From a virus, in IMG/VR virus record IMGVR_UViG_3300008448_000004, positions 1 through 64,000 of that record: a stretch of 64,000 nt of DNA. One strand, written 5' to 3'. The position numbers were made by a program, and so were the translations under genes. Positions 61,253 through 64,000 of the stretch are shown here, piece by piece (within the stretch, counting starts at the first letter, position 1; each line of letters opens with the position of its first letter). Below the pieces are notes generated by a model that was not told the DNA's origin, searched no databases, and saw only the letters and a list, made by a program, of their open reading frames with translations.

Positions 61253-61462
61253 TTAGCTACTTTCTCTAACGCTTTTCTCTTTAGGGAGTCTTTCTTTTCT
61301 TCTTTCATCTACTAGTCTTTGAATTGCTGGTGTTAAATATCTGTTCCATGGGTTGGTATCTAACTCTACCTTTACTCTCGGTAACCTTGGATATTTAATC
61401 TTGTCTTGAAACCTTTCTTTGTAACCTGCTATTTTATTAGTTTGCATAAGCTGATCTTTCAC
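61253..61462 (-). CDS. Hypothetical basic protein
   Basis: 69 aa ORF. Confidence 0.6.
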   Translation of the reverse strand: MKDQLMQTNKIAGYKERFQDKIKYPRLPRVKVELDTNPWNRYLTPAIQRLVDERRKERLPKEKSVRESS

Positions 61463-61661
61463 ATAGAATTGATTTCCACTCTTTACAGGTTCCGATTATG
61501 GCTGTAATGCTATGCGGTATAGCTTCTTTATCTAACAGCCTAAGTATCAGAGTCTGCATAGTCTTTCTCCTATCAACATGAAGTAGAGGATCAATTCCAG
61601 CTGGCACATACCTGTCAACAAGCTCACTGACTATTAGTTCAGTATCCTTATCTACTTTCAT
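61437..61661 (-). CDS. Hypothetical protein
   Basis: Start moved to MKVDKDTE (61661). Confidence 0.6.
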   Translation of the reverse strand: MKVDKDTELIVSELVDRYVPAGIDPLLHVDRRKTMQTLILRLLDKEAIPHSITAIIGTCKEWKSILCERSAYAN

Positions 61662-61671
61662 TTTAACCAAA

Positions 61672-61992
61672 TTAGGCTTTTTTTGGCTTTTCAACAACTT
61701 GTTCTAGCTCCTTAATTAATCCTTGAATCTGGCTACACCTTTCATACATTTCATTTTCACTAAAAACTTCTAAGCATTTTGTTAGAGCAAAGCTCCATTG
61801 ATCTTTTTCAAGTTTAAACTTATATACGTTCAAAGGATCCTCTCTAAGCTGTACATCAAATACATTTACTGTCTTATACTTTTTAGTCATCCCTCTTTTT
61901 ATAGAAGCATATATTACTTCTGTTATCTCTAAGTCATTAGATTCTAACTTAGCTTTAAATTCACTCAAGGTACTTACAGCTATTTGTTTCAT
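61672..61992 (-). CDS. Hypothetical protein
   Basis: 106 aa; C-terminal ENEMYERCSQIQGL helix is UVR-like. Confidence 0.65.
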   Translation of the reverse strand: MKQIAVSTLSEFKAKLESNDLEITEVIYASIKRGMTKKYKTVNVFDVQLREDPLNVYKFKLEKDQWSFALTKCLEVFSENEMYERCSQIQGLIKELEQVVEKPKKA

Positions 61993-61996
61993 TTAA

Positions 61997-63013
61997 TTAT
62001 TTTAATTGTTCAAGGATACTTGTCATATACTTCAACCAAGGCTCTTTAATAAATAGCTCCCTAGCAGTAGTATAAGCCTGTTTACTGCAGTACGCCCAAT
62101 ACTCCTCGTCTGCCCATAAATCGTAAGCTTTGTTACTTCCGGCGGGTACATCGTCTGCAGCGACACTTAGTTCTGGATGGCATAAACGTTGAGTGTCAAC
62201 TTGTTCGTTACCTATTACTGGTATTCCTAGGTATGCACAGTTGAGGGAAAAGGTTCCAGCTGCAACTGTAGGCATCATATGAACTCCTATTTTAAAGGTA
62301 GAAAGTTCTTTCATCCAATCTATCCACGACAGATAGGGAAGGTGTTTAACTAGGATTTCTTCTCCAGGTCTTTTATTGTGCATAGAAGGTACCCAAGCCT
62401 CGTATCCTTTGTCAATTAAGTACTTAGATACTTTGTAGCTTTTCATACCTCCATACCACCTACAGAAGTTTCCTCCTATTATGAGCTTCTTCTCACGAAT
62501 AGGAACTTTATCGACAATCTGTTTTACACTGTCTTCTATGAGGAGAGTTCTCATAACAGCTACTTGTTTACCGTAGACCGAGTAGTATGCCTTGTCTGCT
62601 TCATTGTGGCAGAAAATAGCATCACTTTGATCTAATATAATCTCATGGTATATTTGTTCTGTTAGACTGTAGTCTTCCGGGAACCAACTTGGCCCTTCTT
62701 GAACGAAACATACTTTACCGTTCTGGCTCTTAAGTGTTGGAATAATTTTGTCTAGAGTTCCACTACTGCAGAACATATTATACAACCTAGGCGGCTGTGT
62801 ATTAGACAGTGTTAGCCCTTCAGCATTTAACTCAACATTTCCTTTAGGCCAGATTATAAAGACAAAATCAAACCCGGAGACGCTTTTGTAATTAAAGAGA
62901 GAGAAGTGTTCTGCGTCTAAGGCATGCATCCAGGCAAACTCAGTTCGCATATTAGGGTAGTTTGCAGGAATCTTACCTGTCATGCCCATTTCGGTTAGGA
63001 AAGCAATTTTCAT
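61997..63013 (-). CDS. Putative glycosyltransferase (GT-B-like)
   Basis: 338 aa; C-terminal TVAAGTFSLNCAYLGIPVIG resembles the GT-B nucleotide-binding motif; downstream of the GDP-fucose synthase gene. Confidence 0.55.
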   Translation of the reverse strand: MKIAFLTEMGMTGKIPANYPNMRTEFAWMHALDAEHFSLFNYKSVSGFDFVFIIWPKGNVELNAEGLTLSNTQPPRLYNMFCSSGTLDKIIPTLKSQNGKVCFVQEGPSWFPEDYSLTEQIYHEIILDQSDAIFCHNEADKAYYSVYGKQVAVMRTLLIEDSVKQIVDKVPIREKKLIIGGNFCRWYGGMKSYKVSKYLIDKGYEAWVPSMHNKRPGEEILVKHLPYLSWIDWMKELSTFKIGVHMMPTVAAGTFSLNCAYLGIPVIGNEQVDTQRLCHPELSVAADDVPAGSNKAYDLWADEEYWAYCSKQAYTTARELFIKEPWLKYMTSILEQLK

Positions 63014-63943
63014 TTATACAACCTGTTTCGTGATCAAATATTCGTATGTATGTTTAACTGCAGCTTCAAACGGTGTTAGTTTGAAATTAGGGAATACTTG
63101 TTTTAATTTTTCGTTACTAGCATCTTTTCTGTACTGCCCATCTAAATCTCCGGAGTATCTAATTTCAAAATGTTCTAATCCTAAAGCTTTTAACGTAGCT
63201 AATGTTAGTTCGTTTATAGATAAAACTTCCGAGGGGCATACGTTAAGGTTAGTATAGGTGTTAGTCTCTATCATCTCTACTATTAGCCTAGCTAAATCTT
63301 TTGCATACATAAACTGTCTAAGAGGCTTACCTGTTCCTAGTAATTCAATATAAGACCTGCCTTCTTTTTGAGCAACTATAATTTTTTTCAACAAAGCGCT
63401 TACAAAATGACTTCCTTTATCGTCGTACTTATCGTATTCGCCGAAAAGGTTACACGGTGTAAGGTAGCAGTAATTACTGTTGTTATTCGTAGCATTGATT
63501 ACATCTACGTGGACTCCCATAACCCTCTTTGCATATCCGTATCCGTAGTTGGTAGGAGTCGGAGGTCCGAAATGTAGATCTTCTTCTTTCATAGGGTATT
63601 GAAACTCTTCTATACGGTCAAAGTTATCCGGGAATACACAAGTACTGAGAGCTGTGATAAAATTGTTTACTTTAAATTCTCGACAAGCTCTGACAATGTT
63701 AAAGTTCATCATTAAGTTATCTTCGAAATAAACCAGCGGTCTTTCAATATTATCTCGAATACCTCCCACTACTGCAGCTAAGTGTATTACAATTTCCGGC
63801 TTGTACGACTGTACGTAGCTGTAAGTATGAGAAGGATTTAATAAATTAAGCTGATGTGAGGAGGGGTAATCTGCTTGTGGGAGTAGTTCTCTTAAGTACT
63901 TACCTACCATACCACTTCCGCCTGTAACTAGTATTCTTTTCAT
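63014..63943 (-). CDS. fcl: GDP-L-fucose synthase (Fcl/WcaG-like extended SDR)
   Basis: ILVTGGSGMVG, VIHLAAVVGGI, LSTCVFPD, PTNYGYGYAKR (YxxxK), PCNLFGEYD, SHFVSAL, GTGKPLRQFMYAKDLA, DGQYRKDAS. Confidence 0.9.
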   Translation of the reverse strand: MKRILVTGGSGMVGKYLRELLPQADYPSSHQLNLLNPSHTYSYVQSYKPEIVIHLAAVVGGIRDNIERPLVYFEDNLMMNFNIVRACREFKVNNFITALSTCVFPDNFDRIEEFQYPMKEEDLHFGPPTPTNYGYGYAKRVMGVHVDVINATNNNSNYCYLTPCNLFGEYDKYDDKGSHFVSALLKKIIVAQKEGRSYIELLGTGKPLRQFMYAKDLARLIVEMIETNTYTNLNVCPSEVLSINELTLATLKALGLEHFEIRYSGDLDGQYRKDASNEKLKQVFPNFKLTPFEAAVKHTYEYLITKQVV

Positions 63944-64000
63944 ATTTAGTATCTTGATATAAATTCAGATCCATCTCGATCAGGATCTGCTGTATATTGA

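Noticed and set aside
1-64000. Stop-codon reassignment (codes 15 or 4), seen in some large gut phages
   Set aside because: Long conserved genes (thyA, Rnl1, TonB receptor, gp6) are uninterrupted under code 11, coding density is high, and TAG and TGA both act as stops.
1-64000. Giant eukaryotic virus (NCLDV) or bacterial chromosome origin, suggested by mucin-like repeats, sugar enzymes and the TonB receptor
   Set aside because: gp25/gp6-like baseplate genes, a gp55-like sigma, endolysin/spanin-like genes, bacterial promoters and tmRNA indicate a tailed phage. No housekeeping operons are present.
63946-64000. Partial ORF at the right edge (...QYTADPDRDGSEFISRY*)
   Set aside because: Too short to annotate; it is probably the end of the upstream gene of the sugar operon.

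Overview
This window is part of a large lytic tailed-phage genome (jumbo myovirus-like, distantly T4-related), not a cellular chromosome. Supporting genes are gp25- and gp6-like baseplate subunits, a gp55-like late sigma factor, ThyA, an Rnl1/Pnk RNA-repair set, a GH19 endolysin and a tmRNA. The host is inferred to be a Bacteroidota bacterium. At least 17 repeated TTG-N19/20-TAnnTTT(A) promoters match the Bacteroidota primary-sigma consensus, there is a Bacteroidota-type TonB-dependent receptor plus surface lipoprotein, and exported proteins carry D-S/T-hydrophobic glycosylation sequons. Nearly all genes lie on the minus strand. Layout: 1-25 kb virion/baseplate block starting with very long Thr/Pro mucin-like proteins; 27.3-29.3 kb three-gene plus-strand island; 29.5-51 kb many small early genes in promoter-led cassettes plus nucleotide and RNA-repair enzymes; 51-54 kb lysis cassette; 54-57.4 kb TonB receptor and lipoprotein; 57.8-58.2 kb tmRNA; 59-64 kb RadA-like ATPase and nucleotide-sugar genes. 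The most notable unexplained signals are: (i) tandem pairs of a 25-bp palindrome, TAACYNATTGA-N3-TCAATGAGTTA, at six loci, five of them just upstream of early promoters; (ii) a strand-specific late-promoter motif (C/A)TATTTATA, the reverse complement of the T4 late box; (iii) the phage-borne TonB receptor/lipoprotein pair; (iv) a 438-nt tmRNA with an extended 23-aa tag; (v) mucin-like virion proteins in a genome with nucleotide-sugar enzymes; (vi) GC-rich structured intergenic islands. All protein assignments come from motif recognition by eye; no database searches were run.
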